Assembly (NCBI GenBank): GCA_019751125.1
Contig: JAIENU010000037.1
Location: forward strand, 17,586 to 81,585
DNA: 64,000 bases
Direction of reading: 5' to 3'
Origin: Burkholderiales bacterium
GTDB lineage: Bacteria; Pseudomonadota; Gammaproteobacteria; Burkholderiales; SG8-41
This document shows positions 41,944 to 49,651 of the stretch, piece by piece; the first letter of the stretch is position 1; every line of letters starts with the position of its first letter. The notes beneath the pieces were generated by a model. It searched no databases. It was given only the letters and a program-made list of their open reading frames with translations, and was not told the origin of the DNA. Made by a program: the position numbers and the translations under genes.

Positions 41944-43068
41944 ATGCGCAAACTGCTGCAACTCATTGGTATGGTTCTGCTGGTCCAGGGCGCATCGGCG
42001 CTGGCGCAGGCTACCGTCAAATCCGAAAAACACGAATTCCGCGTCGTTACGCTGGTCCGCGGCCTGCAGAATCCCTGGTCGCTCGCCTTCCTGCCCGATG
42101 GCCGTGCGCTGGTGACCGAACGCGAAGGCCGGCTGCGCATCATCGGCAAGGACTGGCGCCTTGATCCGCGGCCGGTTGAAGGCCTGCCCGAAATCGTCGC
42201 CAGCGGCCAGGGCGGCCTGCTCGACGTGGTTCTGCACCCGCAGTACGAGAAAAACGGCTGGATCTACTGGTCATACAACGCGCCGGGGGCGGGCGGTTGG
42301 GGCACCGCGATGGCGCGCGGCAAGCTGCAGGGTGGCCGCATGACTGATGTGCAGGTGCTGTTCAGCATGGAGCCCAAGACCCGAGCCGGCCACCACTTCG
42401 GCGGGCGCATCGTGTTCGACCACAAGGGCTTCGTTTATCTGACCCTCGGCGACCGCGGCGACATGCCGCGCGCACAGCGCATGGATGACCACGCCGGCTC
42501 GGTGATCCGCCTGCACGACGACGGCCGCGTGCCCGCCGACAATCCCTTTGTGATGCAGGCCGGCGCGAAGCCGGAGAAATTCACCCTCGGCAACCGCAAT
42601 ATGCAGGGCGCAGCACTGAATCCGCGCACTGGCGAGCTGTGGACCCACGAACACGGCCCGCAGGGCGGCGACGAAATCAACGTGATGCGCGCCGGCCGCA
42701 ACTACGGCTGGCCGGTGATCAGCTACGGCGTCAACTACGGCATCGGCACGAAGATTGGTGAGGGCACCGCCAAGCCCGGCATGGAGCAGCCGCTGCTGGT
42801 GTGGACACCGTCCATCGCGCCTTCGGGCATGGCCTTCTATAACAGTGATGCCTTTCCCAACTGGAAGGGCAATCTTTTTGTTGGTGCGCTACGTGACGAG
42901 ATGCTGGTGCGGCTGGAACTGGAGGGTGACAAGGTGGTGCGGCAGGAGCGACTGATCAAGGGTGTCATCGGGCGTATCCGCGATGCGCGCGTGGGGCGGG
43001 ATGGCTTGATCTATCTGCTCACGGATGAGCGGGAGGGGGTGGTGGTGAGGTTGGAGGCGGTCAAGTAA
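41944..43068 (+). CDS. PQQ-dependent soluble sugar (aldose) dehydrogenase, YliI/Asd-like
   Basis: Signal peptide. Beta-propeller motifs: PWSLAFLPDGRALVTEREGRLRI, GQGGLLDVVLHP, HFGGRIVFD, GNRNMQG, THEHGPQGGDEIN, NYGWP. Confidence 0.8.
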   Translation: MRKLLQLIGMVLLVQGASALAQATVKSEKHEFRVVTLVRGLQNPWSLAFLPDGRALVTEREGRLRIIGKDWRLDPRPVEGLPEIVASGQGGLLDVVLHPQYEKNGWIYWSYNAPGAGGWGTAMARGKLQGGRMTDVQVLFSMEPKTRAGHHFGGRIVFDHKGFVYLTLGDRGDMPRAQRMDDHAGSVIRLHDDGRVPADNPFVMQAGAKPEKFTLGNRNMQGAALNPRTGELWTHEHGPQGGDEINVMRAGRNYGWPVISYGVNYGIGTKIGEGTAKPGMEQPLLVWTPSIAPSGMAFYNSDAFPNWKGNLFVGALRDEMLVRLELEGDKVVRQERLIKGVIGRIRDARVGRDGLIYLLTDEREGVVVRLEAVK

Positions 43069-43116
43069 ATTTTGATTTGGCGCGTTACTTCTAAAATGAG
43101 TTGTTAGGGGGGGCTT

Positions 43117-43599
43117 ATGGCTAGGAAACCTACGTTTTTTAGTTTCCATTATGCAAATGACGTCATGCGCGTTCAGCAAATTCGAAATATAGGTGCGCTT
43201 GATGGGAATGAACCGGTTTCCCCAAATGATTGGGAGCAAGTTAAACGTGGTGGGGATGCATCAGTTAAGAGGTGGATCGATGAAAATATGAAGTACAAGC
43301 AATGCGTAATTGTTCTCGTTGGTGCTGAAACCGCTGACAGGCCGTGGGTTCGTTATGAAATTGAAAAGGCGTGGAATGATGGTAAACCCATCTTTGGAAT
43401 TCATATTCATAACTTAAAATGCCCTCGGACAGGGACTTGCATTAAGGGTGCTAATCCCTTTGATAGATTTAATTTTCAAAATGGGAAAAAGCTGTCTTCC
43501 TTTGTTAAATGTTATGACCCAAACCCACTCTATGCTTATCATGACATTGCCGACAACATCGAGTTTTGGGTTGAGCAGGCGATTGCTCAAAGGAGATGA
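43117..43599 (+). CDS. Stand-alone TIR-like domain protein, ThsB family (DUF1863/MTH538-like)
   Basis: 160 aa. N-terminal beta-strand motif TFFSFHYANDV. Central region CVIVLVGAETADRPWVRYEIEKA (Glu81). Then KPIFGIHIHNL. This pattern matches my recollection of Pfam PF08937. The gene is low-GC, and a G-rich RBS precedes the ATG. Confidence 0.75.
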   Translation: MARKPTFFSFHYANDVMRVQQIRNIGALDGNEPVSPNDWEQVKRGGDASVKRWIDENMKYKQCVIVLVGAETADRPWVRYEIEKAWNDGKPIFGIHIHNLKCPRTGTCIKGANPFDRFNFQNGKKLSSFVKCYDPNPLYAYHDIADNIEFWVEQAIAQRR

Positions 43600-43600
43600 G

Positions 43601-44047
43601 ATGAATTCTGAGGAAATATTAAATTTAAATCCTGAATCTGCTTCTATTCAAACGCATTTGTCGATTATTCAGAATGTAATTCAGCGTATGGCTGATAACA
43701 GTTCCTCCTGTAAGGCTTGGTGTGTAACTTTGGTATCTGCGGTTTTAGTTATAGTTGCGGATAAGGGGCGGCCGGAATACGCATGGATTGCATTGTTGCC
43801 GACTTTTGTATTTTCGGCGCTCGATGCTTATTATCTTGCGCTTGAAAAAGGGTTTAGAAATTCTTATAACGATTTTATATACAGGTTGCACAGTAAGACG
43901 CTGAGAGCGATGGATCTTTATTCGATTACCCCCAAAGGTTGTCTCGCAAAACTTCAATTTGATTCATTGAAGTCATTTTCAATTTGGGGGTTTTACGTTT
44001 CTCTAATTGTTCTGATCGCGATAACAAAAACAATTGCTATTAAATAG
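43601..44047 (+). CDS. Small three-TM membrane protein, operon partner of the TIR-like gene (candidate effector, possibly SLATT-like)
   Basis: The ATG lies 2 nt after the upstream TGA, with AAGGAG at 43590-43595. The protein is 148 aa. It has a cytoplasmic N-terminal helix (IQTHLSIIQNVIQRMADN). Predicted TMs are at about residues 38-53, 60-80 and 125-145. Same low-GC composition. No catalytic or nucleotide-binding motif recognised. Confidence 0.7.
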   Translation: MNSEEILNLNPESASIQTHLSIIQNVIQRMADNSSSCKAWCVTLVSAVLVIVADKGRPEYAWIALLPTFVFSALDAYYLALEKGFRNSYNDFIYRLHSKTLRAMDLYSITPKGCLAKLQFDSLKSFSIWGFYVSLIVLIAITKTIAIK

Positions 44048-44091
44048 AGGTGGATAAGCGAGTTGGACATACGGTTGCGATGTAAGATTTT

Positions 44092-44364
44092 TTGATGTCG
44101 AATAATTTTCCTGACTCCTGCTATCTGATCACCGCTGTCGATCTGGTGTCCCGACTCACCGACTTCACTCTGATCGACCTCCGCCCCGCCGAAGACTTTG
44201 CCGTCGGCCACATTCCCGGCAGCATCCACGTCGATATCTACGGCGTGAGCCTCAACGATTCATCCGAAGCACCGTTCAATTCCTTTCTGGCAATCTTCCG
44301 TGTGCTCTCCGGCTCACGCCGCTTAAGCCCACCGGTAACCCTTTTGCCGCTGGCCGTAAGGTAG
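44092..44364 (+). pseudogene. Probable truncated rhodanese-domain gene remnant
   Basis: The first ~60 aa look like a rhodanese N-terminal half (ITAVDLVSRLTDFTLIDLRPAEDFAVGHIPGSIHVD). The ORF ends after 90 aa with no active-site Cys loop. Confidence 0.35.
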
Positions 44365-44377
44365 GGGCTGCGGCTCA

Positions 44378-44785
44378 ATGAGCGACTTGCTACTGCACAT
44401 CGCCGCGTTATGCGTGCTGCTCGCCGCCGCAGAAACCCTGCACGGCATTTTCCGGGCGGTGGTGCTGGTGCCGCGCATCGGCAAAAAGGCGGCGCTGAAA
44501 GTGGCCATCGTTACCGGTTCGCTGCTCGCCTTCGCGCTGTGCTGGTGGCAGGTTCCGGCGATGGGTGTTGTTGCCACGCTGCCTTTGCTGGGCATCGGCG
44601 CCGTGCTCGCGCTGTTCATGGCGACCTTCGATCTCCTGCTCGGCCGCTGGTTGCTGAAGCGACCGTGGTCGCGGGCCTTCGAGGACTTCAACCCTGCGGG
44701 CGGCAATTACCTGCTGTTCGGGTTATTGTTGCTGATCACGTTTCCCTGGCTGGTGATGCGTCTGCAACTGGCCTGGGCATTCTAG
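44378..44785 (+). CDS. Hypothetical integral membrane protein (4 predicted TM)
   Basis: 135-aa ORF with strongly hydrophobic segments and genome-typical GC. No family recognised. Confidence 0.5.
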   Translation: MSDLLLHIAALCVLLAAAETLHGIFRAVVLVPRIGKKAALKVAIVTGSLLAFALCWWQVPAMGVVATLPLLGIGAVLALFMATFDLLLGRWLLKRPWSRAFEDFNPAGGNYLLFGLLLLITFPWLVMRLQLAWAF

Positions 44786-44815
44786 ATCCGGAGATTCAAC
44801 ACAGAGGAGGCTGGC

Positions 44816-44995
44816 ATGGAAGCGGAGCAGAGGGTGGTTGTTGTTGATGTGAACATGAAGTTCTGGACGATGGTGGTCTTTCTGGTGAAACTGGCCATTG
44901 CGTCCATTCCGGCGGCGATGATCCTGTTTGGCATCGGTCTTGTGATGACCCTGCTGTTTGGCGGGATGGTGGCCGGATTCTCGGCCCGTGTCTGA
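44816..44995 (+). CDS. Hypothetical 59-aa membrane protein (below the ORF-track length cut-off)
   Basis: GAGGAGG RBS at 44804-44810. ATG at 44816 and TGA at 44993-44995. Hand translation: MEAEQRVVVVDVNMKFWTMVVFLVKLAIASIPAAMILFGIGLVMTLLFGGMVAGFSARV (two TM helices). Confidence 0.45.
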   Translation: MEAEQRVVVVDVNMKFWTMVVFLVKLAIASIPAAMILFGIGLVMTLLFGGMVAGFSARV

Positions 44996-45056
44996 GCGTG
45001 CTTAGCACGTAACCCGCGCTGCGCCTTGCGGGCTGTTTTCCGATTGATGCTCACAC

Positions 45057-45422
45057 TTGACTGGTTGCTGCCTGATGCCCACTACGCTTGATCCTTCATC
45101 GCCGCGCATGCCCAAATATCCGCGCCTGCCCGTGGCCCGGTTTCTGACGGTAGCCGGTGCCGCGGTGCTGTTGTTATCGTTGTTCATGCAGTTCCAGATG
45201 TGGCAGGCCGTGTTTGGCCTGCGCCCGGTCGCACCCGGCGGTGGTGAATACATGACGGCTCTGTTCTTTGGCATGCCGTCCCTGTTGCTGTCGGTCGTGT
45301 TGCTCGGCATTGCCACTGCGCGGGCAGCCTGGCGCTCCAAGGCTTCGGCAATCCTGCTGGTGCTGGCGCTGGCGATGCTGTCGGGCTGGCTGGCCTTGTT
45401 TGTGCGCAGCCTGTTTGTCTGA
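45057..45422 (+). CDS. Hypothetical integral membrane protein
   Basis: 121-aa ORF with 3 hydrophobic segments. Start uncertain (internal Met candidates exist). Confidence 0.45.
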   Translation: MTGCCLMPTTLDPSSPRMPKYPRLPVARFLTVAGAAVLLLSLFMQFQMWQAVFGLRPVAPGGGEYMTALFFGMPSLLLSVVLLGIATARAAWRSKASAILLVLALAMLSGWLALFVRSLFV

Positions 45423-45426
45423 GCAC

Positions 45427-45933
45427 ATGATCGAGCGCCGGCCTGTTCCAGCTGCATCCCTGCTGGCGCGCCACGCCGGTGCTGATGGTTACGCCGATTG
45501 TTACTGCACCGAAATCGACGGCAGTGTCAGCCACGCTGAATTTGTCGAGGCCTTCTACACCACGCCGTTGTTCAAGGTGGAGCGTTTGATCCTGCGGCTG
45601 GCGGTTTCGCGGCCATCGACCGACGCGGAAGCGCGGCAGCTCGCGCGTGGCGAACGTGATCAATTCGCCGCATGGTCGGTCAAGGCGCGTGATGTGAACC
45701 AGTTGCTGCTCGCGGACTTCTCCGGGCGCACCTGTTCCTGGCTGATGACCGAGGCGGTGGATTCCGGTGGTGTTGCGCGTACCCGGCTGTATTTCGGATC
45801 CGCAGTGCTGCCGCGTCGTGACCGGGTTACCGGGCGCAGCTCATTGGGGTTTGCCTTCAGTGCGCTGCTGGGTTTTCACAAGCTGTATTCGCGGGCTTTG
45901 CTGGCGGCTGCATGCAGGCGCCTGGTGAATTGA
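45427..45933 (+). CDS. Hypothetical protein (possibly DUF2867-like; unverified)
   Basis: ATG at 45427, 4 nt after the previous stop. 168 aa, soluble-looking with a hydrophobic C-terminal segment. The motif FVEAFYTTPLFKVERLIL recalls DUF2867 proteins. Confidence 0.5.
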   Translation: MIERRPVPAASLLARHAGADGYADCYCTEIDGSVSHAEFVEAFYTTPLFKVERLILRLAVSRPSTDAEARQLARGERDQFAAWSVKARDVNQLLLADFSGRTCSWLMTEAVDSGGVARTRLYFGSAVLPRRDRVTGRSSLGFAFSALLGFHKLYSRALLAAACRRLVN

Positions 45934-45970
45934 TATAACCAATTGTTTTTATTGATAAATATTTAATTTC
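45932..45970 (+). repeat. AT-rich dispersed repeat, copy g
   Basis: GATATAACCAATTGTTTTTATTGATAAATATTTAATTTC begins at the stop codon of the preceding gene. It opens a ~150-nt AT-rich intergenic region. Confidence 0.75.
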
Positions 45971-46091
45971 TCGTTCTGTTCATTTATTCTGTCGGATCGG
46001 GAGCGGATTGGGTTGTGCGGCGGCAGAACTTTAAAATTGTTGTTCTATACCCACCTAATCAATATGAATCGATTACCCCCGAGGAGAACCC

Positions 46092-46517
46092 ATGCTCCGC
46101 TTTGACGTCCCCCAGGTGTGGTCCAACGTTGCGCGCTTTGAAGCTTTCCTGACTTTCCTGTTCTGTGCAATCGCCCTCGCCGGGGTGCCGTGGATCATGG
46201 TGTTGCTCGCGGTGCAGGGTTTCATCCGCGGTTTTTTTGGCCACTATCGCGAGCCGGCGCACCGGTTGTGGCAGCGCATTGCCGAGGCGCGGGGCTGGGG
46301 CGGCAAGAAGGAGAACGCCGGCGCCAAGATGTTCGCCAACAAGATTCTGTTCATTGCCAGTACGGCAGCGGTGTTGCTGTATGTGGCTGGCAGCGCGATG
46401 TGGGTGGTGCCGTGTTACGTGTTGATTGTGTTTTCAAGTCTGGAGTGGGCATTGTCGTTCTGCGCCGCCTGCTGGGCCTATGGTTTCTGGTATCAGCGCT
46501 TTCCGCCGTCGGCTTGA
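46092..46517 (+). CDS. DUF4395-like membrane protein
   Basis: 141 aa, 4 TM. Motifs ARFEAFLTFLF and a C-terminal CAACWAYGFWY. These recall DUF4395 proteins, which often sit near rhodanese or thioredoxin genes. Confidence 0.6.
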   Translation: MLRFDVPQVWSNVARFEAFLTFLFCAIALAGVPWIMVLLAVQGFIRGFFGHYREPAHRLWQRIAEARGWGGKKENAGAKMFANKILFIASTAAVLLYVAGSAMWVVPCYVLIVFSSLEWALSFCAACWAYGFWYQRFPPSA

Positions 46518-46629
46518 TTGCCCCGGGGGCCCGTGATGCGTTGTCCATATATTGACAGGCCCGGGCACGGCTGACCGGGCGGCGCCTATAATCACGCTTT
46601 CGCAATAGATTCCCGCTCGGGAGCAAACC

Positions 46630-47559
46630 ATGCCGCAAATCACTGCATACGAAGACGCCAAGGTCAACCGCAAGGAACGTCAGGTCCCGACCGGGACCGC
46701 ATGGCGGACCCCGTTGATCGATCCGGACCCCAACAATCTGGCCACCCCGCAAGCTTTCCTGGTCGAAGGCACGCCAGGCCGGGTGATCAAGCCGCATTTC
46801 CATGATTACGACCAGTATCAGGTGGTGGTCAGTGGCGACGGGCTGATGGGCAAACATCCGCTGACCGTCAACGCCGTGCACTACTCGCGCGCACACACGC
46901 CCTACGGCCCGATCGTGTTCGGGCAGGGCATGGGCTTTCTGACGCTGCGTGCGCACAAGGATCCCGGCGCGCAATATCTCGATCAGCCGGAAACCCGGGT
47001 CAAGCTCGAGCAGGTCAACAATCGCAATCCCTTCCAGGTCACCGAAGCACCGAAGTTTGATGCGGCAACCGCCGGCGCCGCGGTGCACACCTTTGAAGAG
47101 ATCAAGGACGAGCAGGGCCTCGGCAGTTTCTCGATCAGCGTCGCACCGAACAGCAAGGCGATGGCACCGGACCCGAGCAACAGCAACGGGCAGTATCTGA
47201 TCATCGTGCGCGGCAGCCTGGTTTACCAGGGCAAGGAATACAAGGCGCTGTCGGTGGCCTTCGTCAAACCCGAGGAAGGCAGTCTCGAACTGGTGGCCGG
47301 CAGCGAAGGCCTTGATGCGCTGGTCTTGCATTTCCCGCGCAGCGTCGCGCAGCAGGCTGCAGCGCCGAAAGCGGCGCGCAGCGAGCCCGGCACCCGCGTC
47401 TGGCAATGCCTGCTCTGTGCCTTTGTATACGACGAAGCCAAGGGCATCCCGGAAGAAGGCATCGCCCCCGGCACACCGTGGGAAGACGTGCCCGAAGACT
47501 GGTACTGCCCGGACTGCTCCGCAGGCAAGGCGGACTTCCAGATGTCGCTGGTGGGCTGA
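46630..47559 (+). CDS. Cupin-like protein fused to a C-terminal rubredoxin domain
   Basis: The C-terminal ~55 aa is a canonical rubredoxin: [15 protein letters not shown]...[21 protein letters not shown], with two CxxC pairs. The N-terminal part has a cupin-like segment, [18 protein letters not shown]. Confidence 0.75.
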   Translation: MPQITAYEDAKVNRKERQVPTGTAWRTPLIDPDPNNLATPQAFLVEGTPGRVIKPHFHDYDQYQVVVSGDGLMGKHPLTVNAVHYSRAHTPYGPIVFGQGMGFLTLRAHKDPGAQYLDQPETRVKLEQVNNRNPFQVTEAPKFDAATAGAAVHTFEEIKDEQGLGSFSISVAPNSKAMAPDPSNSNGQYLIIVRGSLVYQGKEYKALSVAFVKPEEGSLELVAGSEGLDALVLHFPRSVAQQAAAPKAARSEPGTRVWQCLLCAFVYDEAKGIPEEGIAPGTPWEDVPEDWYCPDCSAGKADFQMSLVG

Positions 47560-47577
47560 ACCCCGCAGCGGCCAGAA

Positions 47578-47615
47578 ACAGGCGCCACGCGAAATCGCGT
47601 CGCGCCTGTTTTTTT
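47578..47615 (+). terminator. Rho-independent terminator
   Basis: The stem pairs ACAGGCGCCACGCGA with TCGCGTCGCGCCTGT (one mismatch). A run of 7 T follows (47609-47615). Confidence 0.75.
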
Positions 47616-47651
47616 GTCCGGATTTCCTGTCACTCCTGAAACACAATCGTG

Positions 47652-48737
47652 ATGTTTCCGCAGATTGATCCCACACCGGCCGCCTGGACTGCGGACCGGC
47701 TTGAAGCCGACCGCAGGCACTGGACCTTTACCCTCGATGATCGCGCGCGCTGTGACCTGGTTGCCGCGCTGACCCGCGCCATCGACCGCGACAAGACGCT
47801 GTTCGATTACCGCCGCGACGATTTTGACCTCGGCTCGGCACAGCCGGTGTTGCAGGCGGCGTTTGCCGAGATGCAGCGCGGCCGCGGCGTGGCGCTGGTG
47901 AAAGGCCTGCCGCGTGAAGGCCTGGATGAAAAAGACTTTGAGCTGCTGACCTGGGGCATCGGCCTGCATTTCGGCGTGGGCCGGCCGCAGGGCATGCAAA
48001 GCCATTACGTGTCGGCGGTACGTGACGCCGGCAACACCTACCGCAGCGGCCGTGGCCGCGGTTACAACACCAATGCCGAACTGGATTTCCATACCGACTC
48101 GGCCGACATTGTTGCGCTGAGCTGCTACAACAAGGCGGCGGCCGGCGGCATGAGCATCACCACCAGCTCGGTCGCGGCCTTTGAGGCGATGCGCCGTGAG
48201 CATCCCGCACTGGCCGAACTGCTGCTGGAGCCCATCCATTTCAGCCGCCAGGGGGAACAGGCGGATGACGAGGCCGCCTCGTATCCGCATCCGGTGTTCG
48301 ACAGCATCGACGGCAAACTCTTCAGCAAATGGAACCGCAACCGCGTCACCTCGGCACAGAAGATCGAAGGGGTGCCGCAGCTGACGGCGAAGCAGTGGGA
48401 GGCGCTGGAAACCTTTGATGCGCTGGTGCGCCGCGCCGATCTGGCGCACAACATGTGGCTGGAACCGGGCGACCTGCAGATCATCAACAGCCACGTCACG
48501 CTGCATTCACGCACCGACTTCACCGACTACGACGATCCGGCGCAAAAACGCCTGCTGTTCCGCCTGTGGCTGGCGCCGCCGGATGGCGACCGCCTGCCGC
48601 AGAGCTGGAAGGTGCTGTACAAGGCGGTCGCGCAGGGCACCGTGCGCGGTGGCATCATCGGGCAGAATCACGATGCAGCAAGGCGCGATTTCGAGGCACG
48701 CCAGGCTGCGGCACTGGGGATGAAACTCTCGGACTGA
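47652..48737 (+). CDS. TauD/TfdA-family Fe(II)/2-oxoglutarate-dependent dioxygenase
   Basis: HxD in ELDFHTDSAD. Distal His/Arg in VTLHSRTDF. GTG 47649 is an alternative start. Confidence 0.72.
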   Translation: MFPQIDPTPAAWTADRLEADRRHWTFTLDDRARCDLVAALTRAIDRDKTLFDYRRDDFDLGSAQPVLQAAFAEMQRGRGVALVKGLPREGLDEKDFELLTWGIGLHFGVGRPQGMQSHYVSAVRDAGNTYRSGRGRGYNTNAELDFHTDSADIVALSCYNKAAAGGMSITTSSVAAFEAMRREHPALAELLLEPIHFSRQGEQADDEAASYPHPVFDSIDGKLFSKWNRNRVTSAQKIEGVPQLTAKQWEALETFDALVRRADLAHNMWLEPGDLQIINSHVTLHSRTDFTDYDDPAQKRLLFRLWLAPPDGDRLPQSWKVLYKAVAQGTVRGGIIGQNHDAARRDFEARQAAALGMKLSD

Positions 48738-48752
48738 TCCGCGGAGGCGGTG

Positions 48753-49646
48753 ATGTATCTGCGCAGGCAATGGCGGTGGTGGCTGCAGGGCTTGGTGCTG
48801 GCGCTGGGCATCGCCGGCAGTGCCTCGGCGCAGTATGCCGCGCCGGTGCCGGTGGAAGAGGTGGTGGCGATCCCGCTGCCGCCGGCCGCGCGCTGGCCCC
48901 ATCTGGTGGCGACGATACTGCGGCCCGAAGGCCAGGGGCCGTTCCCGGTGATCGTGATGAACCACGGTAGTCCCGGCACTGCCGCCGATCGCGCGCGCAT
49001 GGGGCGTTACCGTGCAACAAACGGCAGCCCGGAATTTCTGAGGCGCGGTTTCATGGTGGTGCTGCCGATGCGTCGCGGTTATGGCGCCACCGGCGGGCCC
49101 TGGGCCGAACATTTTTCGAGCTGCGCCGCACCGGACTACAGCGCCGCCGGTGAGCAGGCTGCGATCGACCTGCTGGCGACCATCGATTACCTGCGCGCGC
49201 TGCCCGATGCCGATACCTCACGGGTGATGCTGGTCGGACAGTCTGCAGGCGGTTTCGCCGCGATGGCTGCTGCCAGCCACAATCCGCCCGGCGTGCTGGC
49301 GGTGGTCAATTTCGCCGGCGGCCGTGGCGGCAATCCACGCACACGACCGGGTGAGCCCTGCGGGGTGGAGCAGATGGCGCAGGCCCTTGCGCGTTTTGCA
49401 CAGACCATCCGGGTGCCGGTGTTGTGGCACTACGCCGAGAACGACCAGTTCTTCGGGCCGGCCGTGGTGAGGCGCTGGTTCGAAGCCTTTGAGGCCGCCG
49501 GTGCGCCGGGGCGGCTGGTGATGCAGCCGCCATTCGGCCGTGATGGCCATGCGATGTTCAGTGCGTCATCCGGCGTGGCGATCTGGACACCGGTGTTCGA
49601 GGGTTTCATGCGCGAGGCCGGTTTCGCGCCGCGCGAAAAACCCTGA
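48753..49646 (+). CDS. Secreted dienelactone-hydrolase-like alpha/beta hydrolase
   Basis: Signal peptide WWLQGLVLALGIAGSASAQ. Nucleophile elbow GQSAGG. A C-terminal His lies in GRDGHAMF. Confidence 0.7.
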   Translation: MYLRRQWRWWLQGLVLALGIAGSASAQYAAPVPVEEVVAIPLPPAARWPHLVATILRPEGQGPFPVIVMNHGSPGTAADRARMGRYRATNGSPEFLRRGFMVVLPMRRGYGATGGPWAEHFSSCAAPDYSAAGEQAAIDLLATIDYLRALPDADTSRVMLVGQSAGGFAAMAAASHNPPGVLAVVNFAGGRGGNPRTRPGEPCGVEQMAQALARFAQTIRVPVLWHYAENDQFFGPAVVRRWFEAFEAAGAPGRLVMQPPFGRDGHAMFSASSGVAIWTPVFEGFMREAGFAPREKP

Positions 49647-49651
49647 CCGTC

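Noticed and set aside
43070-44092. Short similar sequences at the two islet borders (AAATTTTGATTTGGCG at about 43068 and AGATTTTTTGATGTCG at about 44078) as possible target-site duplications or att sites. Also TTGATT-N14-TAAAAT (43072-43097) as the islet promoter.
   Set aside because: The border similarity rests mainly on a TTTTGAT core in AT-rich DNA, which is easily chance. The -35/-10 spacing of 14 nt is too short for a confident sigma70 promoter call.
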